The notes under the pieces were generated by a model that saw only the letters and a program-made list of their open reading frames with translations, was not told the origin of the DNA and did not search any database. From Okeania sp. (GTDB taxonomy: Bacteria > Cyanobacteriota > Cyanobacteriia > Cyanobacteriales > Microcoleaceae): a stretch of 21,680 nucleotides of DNA. The translations under genes and the position numbers were made by a program. The DNA is taken from contig NZ_JAYKGW010000002.1 of the NCBI RefSeq assembly GCF_035285525.1, positions 1 through 21,680 of the forward strand. The letters are read 5' to 3'. How positions within the stretch are numbered: the stretch's first letter is position 1; each line of letters begins with the position of its first letter. Below are positions 7,768 to 15,295 of the stretch, piece by piece.

Positions 7768-7869
7768 AGGACTTACACGGGAGGAACCCGGTTTCTACGA
7801 TAAATCGTTGTTTTGAGCAATAGAAGTCTATGATCGTACCGGGCTTCTGGGTTCATCTACGTAAGTCCT
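7768..7869 (+). mobile_element. MITE-like small repeat, family B, copy B1 (102 bp; perfect 9-bp termini aggacttac / gtaagtcct)
   Basis: Perfect terminal inverted repeat. The interior, acacgggaggaacccggtttcta...aaatcgttgttttga...tcgtaccgggcttctgggttc, matches 14295-14382. Confidence 0.75.
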
Positions 7870-7920
7870 GATTATATAGCAATATAAAATTATTTGTGAG
7901 ACAAAAATAAATCAATCGTA

Positions 7921-7941
7921 AGGGTTTGGAGACCAAACCCT
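7921..7941 (-). terminator. Perfect 9-bp stem hairpin (agggtttgg-aga-ccaaaccct) abutting the DUF62 gene stop; candidate terminator and member of a repeat family
   Basis: On the minus strand the hairpin starts right after the TAG and is followed by tacgattgatttatttttg. The same hairpin sequence recurs, interrupted, at 15160-15202. Confidence 0.5.
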
Positions 7942-8754
7942 CTACCAAACAATTTCAACTTTATCCCCATGTTTTAAATCAAGTTTTTCCTCAGCACTAC
8001 CACCATTAACAGCAAATTCTACAAATCCATGAGACCCAATAATTGCAATTAACTCCCCTAATTCACAATCAGCATAAGTATTACCACTAGAGATTATTTT
8101 ACCCCTTCCCAAATCCCCATCATTACTAACAATAACCGACCAAATTTTCCCAATTACATAACTACTCGAAATATTAGTAATTATATTGCCAAAATAATCA
8201 ATGTGTTGAACCGAACCGACAATACCTGATGGTGTTAAATTAATATTATTCAAAGGCAATTTAACCAAACTTTCGAGATTAATTTCTTCTCCCAAATTTT
8301 CTAACTTCACCCCACTAGCAATATGAGCAGCGACAGGAGCAAATATATCTCGACCGTGGAAAGTTTTACTAGGTTTATCTGTACGCCAATACTTAGAATT
8401 AGTCAGCGCAACTACCTTAATATTTTCTTTGTGGAAACTTTCCCATACTCCACTAAAAATACCATTATCAGGTCCGACTAAAAAACCTATAGGTAGTTCA
8501 ATAGCGATCGCTCTTCTTTTACTTCCAACTCCCGGATCGACAACAGCAAGATGAACTGTTCCTGTGGAAAAATAAGGATAAGCATTCAGCAAACAAAATC
8601 TAGCAGCAAATAAATTTTGGGGAGGAATTTGATGAGTCAAGTCGATTACTTTTAAATTAGGGTTAATTTGAGCAATTATACCCTTCATTGTACCCACATA
8701 AATATCTTTTAATCCAAAATCAGTTAACAGTGTAATAATTTTTTTATCCGACAT
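7942..8754 (-). CDS. SAM hydrolase / SAM-dependent halogenase family protein (DUF62, SAM hydroxide adenosyltransferase-like)
   Basis: 270-aa ORF whose N-terminus ITLLTDFGLKDIYVGTMKGII is typical of the family. Other matches include HLAVVDPGVGSKRR, GPDNGIF and FHGRDIFAPVAAH. Confidence 0.88.
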   Translation of the reverse strand: MSDKKIITLLTDFGLKDIYVGTMKGIIAQINPNLKVIDLTHQIPPQNLFAARFCLLNAYPYFSTGTVHLAVVDPGVGSKRRAIAIELPIGFLVGPDNGIFSGVWESFHKENIKVVALTNSKYWRTDKPSKTFHGRDIFAPVAAHIASGVKLENLGEEINLESLVKLPLNNINLTPSGIVGSVQHIDYFGNIITNISSSYVIGKIWSVIVSNDGDLGRGKIISSGNTYADCELGELIAIIGSHGFVEFAVNGGSAEEKLDLKHGDKVEIVW

Positions 8755-8918
8755 TATTTTGTTTAATAACTATAGCAACACACCCTAATATTAAGACTAC
8801 AAAAAAATATGATGATTTTGATAAAATTGAAACCCTAAATAAGCAATAATTATAACATCAAATTATCAATATAGAACTTAAGAACCTCAACCATAAATCT
8901 GGCTTATTTCCCTAATTA

Positions 8919-11147
8919 TTAATTATTGTTCAGAATATCAATTTGATATCTAGCATCTTTAAAACCACCGGTGAGACCTTGTTCTAAATAAAATTGAGCT
9001 GCTTTTTCAAAATCATTTATTGCTCCTTTTTGATCACCGATACTAGCTCTAACTAATCCTCTATTGTAATAAGCATCTGCATATTGAGGATTCAGTCTAA
9101 TAGCTTGAACATAATCAGCGATCGCGCTTTGATAATCCTCTTGTTTGTAGTAAATCAAAGCACGATTTGCATAAGATTCAGCATTGTTTGGACTTAAGCT
9201 AATTGCTTGAGTATAATCTTCAATTGCTTTTTCTAGTTGATTAGCTGCTTTATAAGCTATACCTCTGTTTGTATAACCTTCAGGATTGTGGGGATTGAGT
9301 TCAATTGTTGCAGTGCAGTCAGATATAGATTTTTCATACTCTTTTAAATTTACATAAGCAATACATCTATTATTATAAGCAAGTTCATTTTCAGAGTTAA
9401 TTTCAATTGCTTTTGTACAGTCAGATACCGCTTTTTGATACTCTGATAAATTCAAGTATGTGCTACAACGATTAGCATAAGCTTCTGCATTTTCAGGTTC
9501 TATAGCAATAACTTGATTATAATCATCTATAGCACCTCGATAATCTCCCAGAAAAAACCTAGTTCTGGCTCTATTATAATAACCATTCTTCTCTTTTGGT
9601 TTAATATTAATCATCTGAGTGTAATCTGCTATTGCGCCTTGTAAATCATTATTGGCAGCACGAGCTAACCCCCTCCCATGATAAGCATTAATATCATTCG
9701 GTTGTAGTTTCAGAACTTGAGTATGATCTTGAATTGCCGCCTGATAGTTTTTAGACTCATAATAAATAAACCCTCGTTTATAATAAGCATCAGCATCTTG
9801 AGGTTCCAGACGCAATACCTGGGTAAAATCATCTATTGCTTTGGCGTAATCTTGGATATCAGAATAAGTTCCCCCCCGATTAAAATAGGCATTAACATAG
9901 CTTGGATTCAGCTCGATTGCCTTACTATAATCATCAATAGCTTTTTGATAGTTTTCTAGGTTGTAATAAGCATTCCCCCGTTGGTAGAAATACTCTGCTT
10001 GATTGGGGTTTAATTGAATTGCTCGATTAAATGCTGCAACTGCTGCTTTTTCATTGCCATCATTTACATGTTTTACTCCTCTTGCAAATACTTTTTCTGC
10101 TTTAATCGGATCCGGACGATTCACAAAACTTACTATGCCAATCAGCACTGCTATTGCTCCTAAACTTGCCAGACCTAATATTGCGAAGCGCAATGAGTTG
10201 GATATCCCCTTGGTACTTTTTTGAGTTTCAGCATTTAGACTTTTTTCAGTTATGGGGGTTGATGCTATAACTTTTTGACGGCGACCACTAATTTTACATA
10301 ACGCTTTAATAACTTCCTCTGTAGACTGATAACGTTTTGTGTAATGATAATGTACCATTTTTTCAATAACATCAGCTAGACTTGAGGAACATTGTGTTCG
10401 GTTTCGCCAGAGGATACCACTAGGGTTTGATGGGGATAGGTCTTGTAGCTTCGGTAGTTCACCACTAGGAATACCTGTCAGAGCTTGAATCCCAATCATA
10501 CCTACTGCATAAATATCACTGCTGTATTGAGGAATGCCTTGAAATTGTTCAATTGGCATATAAGAGGGAGTACCTGTCGCAATGGTTCGTTGCATTTCTC
10601 CATTTGCCAATGCGATCCGATGACTAACTTCTTTAACTGAACCAAAGTCAATTAAAACTAATTTTGCATCTGGTTGACGTCGAATTAAATTCGACGGATT
10701 AACATCTCGATGAATTACTTTATGTCCATGTACAAATCCTAAAATTTCTAATATTTCTAATAATAGTTGAATTACATCTTCTTCATGCCAAGGTTTACCA
10801 GGAATAATTTCTTTATTTAATGGTATTCCCGGAATAAACTCTTCTACTAAATAAAATTGATTATTTTCTTCAAAATAAGCTAATAATAAAGGAATCTGAT
10901 CGTGTCTACCTAATTTTTCTAATATTTCTGCTTCTTGTTTAAACAAACGGTGAGCAGTTCTCACAATCGTAAAGCTATTACCAGGAGCCCTTAATTGTTT
11001 AACCACACATTGGGGATGCCCTGGACGACGACTATCGGCAGCCAAATATGTTTGTCCAAAAGCACCAGAACTTAGGACTTGAACGACCCGATAACGTCCA
11101 TCTAAAAGTTGACCTATCATGTTCATATTATTCATTTTATATACCAT
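8919..11147 (-). CDS. Ser/Thr protein kinase (Hanks-type) with one transmembrane segment and about ten C-terminal TPR repeats
   Basis: Intact motifs: SSGAFGQ loop, CVVKQL (beta3 Lys), VIHRDVNPSNLI, LIDFGSVK and GTPSYMPIEQ. The TM segment is FAILGLASLGAIAVLIGIVSFV. It is followed by a 34-aa periodic A..YNRG... TPR array. The start could be any of Met1/5/8/10 (11147-11120). Confidence 0.92.
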   Translation of the reverse strand: MVYKMNNMNMIGQLLDGRYRVVQVLSSGAFGQTYLAADSRRPGHPQCVVKQLRAPGNSFTIVRTAHRLFKQEAEILEKLGRHDQIPLLLAYFEENNQFYLVEEFIPGIPLNKEIIPGKPWHEEDVIQLLLEILEILGFVHGHKVIHRDVNPSNLIRRQPDAKLVLIDFGSVKEVSHRIALANGEMQRTIATGTPSYMPIEQFQGIPQYSSDIYAVGMIGIQALTGIPSGELPKLQDLSPSNPSGILWRNRTQCSSSLADVIEKMVHYHYTKRYQSTEEVIKALCKISGRRQKVIASTPITEKSLNAETQKSTKGISNSLRFAILGLASLGAIAVLIGIVSFVNRPDPIKAEKVFARGVKHVNDGNEKAAVAAFNRAIQLNPNQAEYFYQRGNAYYNLENYQKAIDDYSKAIELNPSYVNAYFNRGGTYSDIQDYAKAIDDFTQVLRLEPQDADAYYKRGFIYYESKNYQAAIQDHTQVLKLQPNDINAYHGRGLARAANNDLQGAIADYTQMINIKPKEKNGYYNRARTRFFLGDYRGAIDDYNQVIAIEPENAEAYANRCSTYLNLSEYQKAVSDCTKAIEINSENELAYNNRCIAYVNLKEYEKSISDCTATIELNPHNPEGYTNRGIAYKAANQLEKAIEDYTQAISLSPNNAESYANRALIYYKQEDYQSAIADYVQAIRLNPQYADAYYNRGLVRASIGDQKGAINDFEKAAQFYLEQGLTGGFKDARYQIDILNNN

Positions 11148-11459
11148 AGATAGAAATTAAGTTAGAATCAGGAATAGAGAAAAGAGAGAGTTGATTTAGG
11201 TTGTAGCTACGGGCAAGTCAAAAGTCAAAACTAATCTCTGAGTGAGTTTGAGCTACTTGGTGCGCGTTCCCTTGTACCATACTTTTTTAGGAAGTTCCAT
11301 AAATTAAGTCTCTCACTATACTATTTTTAGGAGTTGATATTATTTTATTTTATTTTATAATATAATATTTTCAATAAAAACCAACAGTCTTCTTTATAAT
11401 AATGATAGCTGAATTGTGGCTATAGTTAAATATTGTGACTTAATTTTTAAAACAGTTAA

Positions 11460-13664
11460 TTAATGGAGCTTTTCTACAATCTTTAGAGAGTTTTGATAAT
11501 CCTTAATTTTATTTGGTTCTAAAGATAGGTTAGTATTTTTAGGAAGTTCTCCTATTGCTAATGATCGACCTTGTTTTTTATACCGTATAACTTCTCGATT
11601 ATCATAAGCTTTAGTATTATCTGGATTGAGTTTAATTACCTGGGAAAAATCCTCAATGGCTTGATTATAGTTTCCTATTTTTGAGAAAAGAATTCCTCGG
11701 TGATTATAAGCAAGGGAATCTTCTGGGTTAATTTTTATTGCTTGAGTAAAATCTGCTATTGCTTCATCTAAATAGCCATTAGCAAACTGCACTAAACCTC
11801 TGTTTACATAAGCCTTGGCATTTTTATTATTGATATCAATCGCTATACTACAATCTTCTATTGCTCTTTGATATTCCCGTAGTTTGAAATAAGCAATACA
11901 GCGATGATTGTAAGCTAAATCATTTTGAGGATCGATCTCTATGGCTCGGTTACATTCAGTGATGGCAGCTTGATAATTTACCAGATTTAGATAAACGCTA
12001 CATCTACTTGCATAAGCATCAGAATCATCTGGTTTTAATTTTAATACCTGGTTATAATCTGCCAGCGCATTTTGATAGTTTCCAATTTCAAAGTAAGAAT
12101 TACCACGATTATGATATGCTTGTATCTTATTAGCATTCAGATTAATAGCTTGAGTATAATCACTGACTGCACCTGATTGATCTCCTATCTTGGCTCTGGC
12201 TATTCCCCGATTAATGTAACTGTTACTATCTTCGGGATCAAATCCAATTAATTGACTATAATCCTGGATGGCATTTTTGTAATCTCCAATTTCGTAGTAA
12301 ATTTTCCCTCTTTGATCATAAGCTTTAGTATAGTTAGGATTTGTTCTTAATGCCTGTGTCAGATTAGTAATAGCTTTTTCGTTGTTCTTTTGTTCATAAT
12401 AAGCTAGAGCAAGTTGATAATAAGCATGATTGTAGTTGGATTTGATTTCAATAGCTGCTATATAATCTTCTATAGCTTTTTCATAATCTTTCTCAATATA
12501 GTAAGAATTACCTCTTTGATAGAGAATCAGTGCATTTCGTGGATTTAGTTTCAGTGCTTCCGTGTAGCTAGCGATCGCTGCTAACTGTTTTTGTTGTTTA
12601 GCTAATTCTTGACCTTCATTATATAGAGCTTGTGCTTTGACAATAAATTGGTACTTCCCAAAATAAGCGATCGCTCCTCCTGCTATTGTGAGCAATGTCA
12701 AACTCGCAGTTAATATAACTTTGTTCTGCTTAACAAATTGAAATAGTGGCGATAAAAAATTTAGTTTTTTAGTTTCTGGTTTTGGCGGAAGTTCGGAAGT
12801 TGCTGAGACGGATATCTTACTTAAATCTGCCAACACTTCCGTTGCTGACTCATAACTTTCTTTACCTTGACCATTTACTATTTTATCAATAATATCTGAT
12901 AGTGCTAGAGAACAAGCTTGCAAATTTTGCCAAGGTATTTCTATGCCTGAAGTATCCTTAGTTTGTCTTTGTTTCAATAAATCTTTAGGTAACAATCCTG
13001 TTAGTGCTTGAATCGCAATTATTCCTAAAGCATAAATATCATTTTTTTGTTCTACTATCTGCTCATTTTCATTTAATGGTACATATATTGAACTATCAGA
13101 ATTATTTTGGCTCCGTTTTTCTAAGATTGAAGGTTCTTTATTTAATTCTAAAGTTTTCTGAATTTCTCTTTCTAACCCAAAATTAATCAAACATAATTTT
13201 CCATCTAAAATGCGTCTCACTAAATTTCCTGGTTTAATTTTTCCATGAACTTCCCCCTGACCATGAATCCAAGCTAAAACTTCTAGCGCCTCCCTTAATA
13301 TGTTAATTACTTCTCCTTCCAAGAAAGGTTCATCTTTACCCAGATCTTCAGCTAGAGAGTTACCTACTATATAATCTTCAACTAAATATATATTATCATT
13401 TTCTTCAAAATAAGCTAATAAGTTAGGTAGTCCCTCATGCTTACTCAAAGTATCAATCTTTTCTACTTTTTCTTGAAATAATAATAGTATAACTTCTCGA
13501 TTTTCTTGGTTAAAACTGCCTAGTTTAATTTCTTTAACTAGACATTGGGGTGAACCTGGACGGTGAGTATCTTCTGCAAGATATGTCTCTCCTAAAATAG
13601 TTGAATTTATAAGTTTGATAAAACGATACCGTTTATCTACAACTTTGCCAATCTTAGTATCCAT
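11460..13664 (-). CDS. Kinase-like (predicted pseudokinase) protein with one TM segment and about ten TPR repeats; paralogue of 8919-11147
   Basis: Same architecture and collinear similarity (RYR..., TYLA.D..RPG.PQC.VK, LLAYFEEN...YLVE, DIYA.G.I.IQALTG). The catalytic loop is EVHGKIKPGNLV (HGK codons at 13239-13247) instead of HRD. LINFG (N codon at 13182-13184) replaces DFG, and the glycine loop is STILGE. Confidence 0.85.
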   Translation of the reverse strand: MDTKIGKVVDKRYRFIKLINSTILGETYLAEDTHRPGSPQCLVKEIKLGSFNQENREVILLLFQEKVEKIDTLSKHEGLPNLLAYFEENDNIYLVEDYIVGNSLAEDLGKDEPFLEGEVINILREALEVLAWIHGQGEVHGKIKPGNLVRRILDGKLCLINFGLEREIQKTLELNKEPSILEKRSQNNSDSSIYVPLNENEQIVEQKNDIYALGIIAIQALTGLLPKDLLKQRQTKDTSGIEIPWQNLQACSLALSDIIDKIVNGQGKESYESATEVLADLSKISVSATSELPPKPETKKLNFLSPLFQFVKQNKVILTASLTLLTIAGGAIAYFGKYQFIVKAQALYNEGQELAKQQKQLAAIASYTEALKLNPRNALILYQRGNSYYIEKDYEKAIEDYIAAIEIKSNYNHAYYQLALAYYEQKNNEKAITNLTQALRTNPNYTKAYDQRGKIYYEIGDYKNAIQDYSQLIGFDPEDSNSYINRGIARAKIGDQSGAVSDYTQAINLNANKIQAYHNRGNSYFEIGNYQNALADYNQVLKLKPDDSDAYASRCSVYLNLVNYQAAITECNRAIEIDPQNDLAYNHRCIAYFKLREYQRAIEDCSIAIDINNKNAKAYVNRGLVQFANGYLDEAIADFTQAIKINPEDSLAYNHRGILFSKIGNYNQAIEDFSQVIKLNPDNTKAYDNREVIRYKKQGRSLAIGELPKNTNLSLEPNKIKDYQNSLKIVEKLH

Positions 13665-13788
13665 AGGCTAATTACAGATTTAGTTTTGATAATAAGGTTT
13701 TGCATCAACCAGATAATTTTCTAGTTATTCATATTATGTTCAAATAGTCAGTTATAATGATATAGTGGTCTGTAGTTTTCTTATAGTT

Positions 13789-13946
13789 AGGACTAAAGCC
13801 ATGAACGCTATCGGTAGGGTTTGTTTTGCGTTCCGCAAAGCTGCGCTGCGCTTTATATGTAGCCCACCGAAACACTAAGCGACATGGAAAGCGCACAACG
13901 CACAACGCACCAATACTCTATACTGTAGCGCCTTTGTGTAAGTCCT
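13789..13946 (+). mobile_element. MITE-like small repeat, family C (158 bp; termini aggactaa... / ...gtaagtcct), with a GC-rich interior
   Basis: Termini are related to families A and B. The interior is locally GC-rich (gcgttccgcaaagctgcgctgcgc ... gcgcacaacgcacaacgcacc) in an AT-rich intergenic region. Only one copy is in the window. Confidence 0.5.
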
Positions 13947-14116
13947 AATAGTCTTAACATAAACATTTGATTTGCTGAAACAAAACTACAAACTTAATTA
14001 TAAGTGTTTTACTAAACATGATATTGTACCTCTATACTTTACTTTACCCAAACTATGAGACTTTGAGTATTTGAGCCGGATATATTTTGATTGGACTTAA
14101 TTTACTTTTCTTAGTC

Positions 14117-14205
14117 AGGACTTACCCAACGACCCTAAATATAGTGCTGAAAACTATGACGCAATCGTTTTTTAACTCTATATATAGTATTTTTCCGTAA
14201 GTCCG
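14117..14205 (-). mobile_element. MITE-like small repeat, family A, copy A2 (inverted orientation)
   Basis: The reverse complement reads ggacttacggaaaaatactatatatagagttaaaaaacgattgcgtcatagttttcagcactatatttagggtcgttgggtaagtcct, which is collinear with A1 and A3. Confidence 0.7.
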
Positions 14206-14294
14206 GTTGAATACTCGTTATATAGTTGTCGGAGATGGGGAGATTGAAGTGTAGATAAAATTATGAACATATACACTTGTAACCGGATTCTATC

Positions 14295-14382
14295 AGAACT
14301 TACACGGGAGGAACTCGGTTTCTAGGAGAAATCGTTGTTTTGAACAGTAAGAATCTACGCTCGTACCGGGTTTCTGGGTTCG
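14295..14382 (+). mobile_element. MITE-like small repeat, family B, copy B2 (left terminus agaacttac; right terminus missing)
   Basis: Collinear with 7768-7855. Similarity stops after ctgggttc, and no gtaagtcct terminus follows. Confidence 0.7.
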
Positions 14383-14409
14383 CGTGGCTTTAATTCTTTC
14401 TATATTAGG

Positions 14410-14632
14410 ACTAGGCAACCATCTATCAACGATGATTAGCTAATAACCGTACATTTGACATTTGTACTCGCACCTGTCTTCTGAACTTATAAAAACCCAT
14501 ATCCGCAACCGCCTTAGCTAGCTTGTGATTCGCCATCATTCCTGATACATTCAGGTCTTCTATTACTATTTGACTGTGTTTTTTAGCCAAATCAGTAGTC
14601 AGTGATAGATTATCATAGATTATGTCAAGCTG
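14410..14632 (-). pseudogene. TnpB (IS200/IS605-family OrfB, RuvC-like RNA-guided nuclease) remnant: internal fragment with a frameshift and a stop, truncated at both ends
   Basis: Manual minus-strand translation gives LTTDLAKKHSQIVIEDLNVSGMMANHKLAKAVADMGFYKFRRQ. After a +1 shift near 14470-14473 it continues CEYKCQMYGY*LIIVDRWLPS (TAG at 14440-14442). This matches the conserved IEDLN...N..L......D.GW.EF.RQLEYK....G..L..VD...PSS region of TnpB. No zinc-ribbon or C-terminus is present. Confidence 0.8.
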
Positions 14633-14697
14633 TTAATTACTCTCTGTCTTCTTCGTTCTGCCTTAGTTTTCCAAAATGTAACTATTCAAATTTTCAA

Positions 14698-14782
14698 CGG
14701 AGAGGGTGGGATTCGAACCCACGGAAGGTTTCCCTTCAACAAATTTCGAGTTTGCCGCATTTGACCACTCTGCCACCTCTCC
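14698..14782 (-). tRNA. tRNA-Ser (anticodon CGA), class II with a long variable arm
   Basis: The minus strand reads GGAGAGGTGGCAGAGTGGTCAAATGCGGCAAACTCGAAATTTGTTGAAGGGAAACCTTCCGTGGGTTCGAATCCCACCCTCTCCG. It has a 7-bp acceptor stem and the anticodon loop CUCGAAA. The variable arm is GAAGG-GAAA-CCTTC and the T arm is GTGGG-TTCGAAT-CCCAC. CCA is not encoded. Confidence 0.93.
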
Positions 14783-14787
14783 CTATT

Positions 14788-14949
14788 TCAGTTATCAGTT
14801 ATCAGTTATCAGTTATCAGTTATCAGTTATCAGTCTATAGACTTCTGACTTCTGACTTAGTTAAAAGTATCCCCGACCTTAATTCAGTTATCAGTTATTA
14901 GTTATCAGTCAATAGACTTTTGATTTGGTTAACAGTATCCTCGACCTTG
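14788..14949. repeat. Heptamer array TCAGTTA (6 perfect units at 14788-14829) plus a duplicated module of about 95 bp (14788-14880 versus 14884-14949)
   Basis: Each module is TCAGTTA units followed by tcagtc.atagactt.tga...gtta...agtatcc.cgacctt. The array begins 6 nt upstream of the tRNA-Ser 5' end. Confidence 0.9.
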
Positions 14950-15159
14950 TTTTTGGCCAAAAGTTATTTGGGAGTTTTGGCCATTAAGATCAGAAATATA
15001 TAACTTTTTTGATTATAGCGTTTCTTTGGTAATGCTAATAACGTATATCTATACTTTGATTTTTATTCTATTAGACATCTTCAGAAATAATAAATTATAT
15101 CAAATCCCCTTGCTTTGCAGAATAAGGTTACCATTAGTATTGGTGAAAATTTCTAGTTG

Positions 15160-15202
15160 GTAGAGGGTACGGTTCCCGATAAATTGGAGACCAAACCCCT
15201 AC
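15160..15202. repeat. Copy of the 7919-7946 hairpin element, interrupted by a 15-nt insert (acggttcccgataaa)
   Basis: gtagagggt (15160-15168) + acggttcccgataaa (15169-15183) + ttggagaccaaacccctac (15184-15202). Removing the insert restores gtagagggtttggagaccaaacccctac, compared with gtaagggtttggagaccaaaccctctac at 7919-7946. Confidence 0.75.
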
Positions 15203-15205
15203 AGA

Positions 15206-15263
15206 AATTATCAATTCTTTCTTAACTATTGCCTCCATACCTCTTTTCTAAAGATGTCTATTA
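15206..15263 (+). repeat. Small dispersed element, copy E2 (aaattatcaattctttcttaactattgcctccatacctcttttctaaagatgtctattaac)
   Basis: Ends match E1 (7618-7689) and the reverse complement of E3 (18960-19029). It lies just downstream of the comEC stop. Confidence 0.65.
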
Positions 15264-15295
15264 ACTGTTCCCAGTTAAGTGTTCCCTATTCTCTA

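Noticed and set aside
1800-14782. Genomic island integrated at tRNA-Ser, with an att duplicate of the tRNA 3' end
   Set aside because: The orientation fits: the accessory-looking genes and mobile relics lie downstream of the tRNA 3' end. However, I could not find a second copy of the tRNA 3' segment (gggttcgaatcccaccctctcc or its complement) anywhere in the window. No integrase is present either. The idea remains untested rather than supported.
14602-14901. Listed 99-aa ORF on the plus strand
   Set aside because: It reads antisense through tRNA-Ser (14698-14782) and then through the TCAGTTA heptamer array, which gives the repetitive VISYQLS peptide. It is an artefact.
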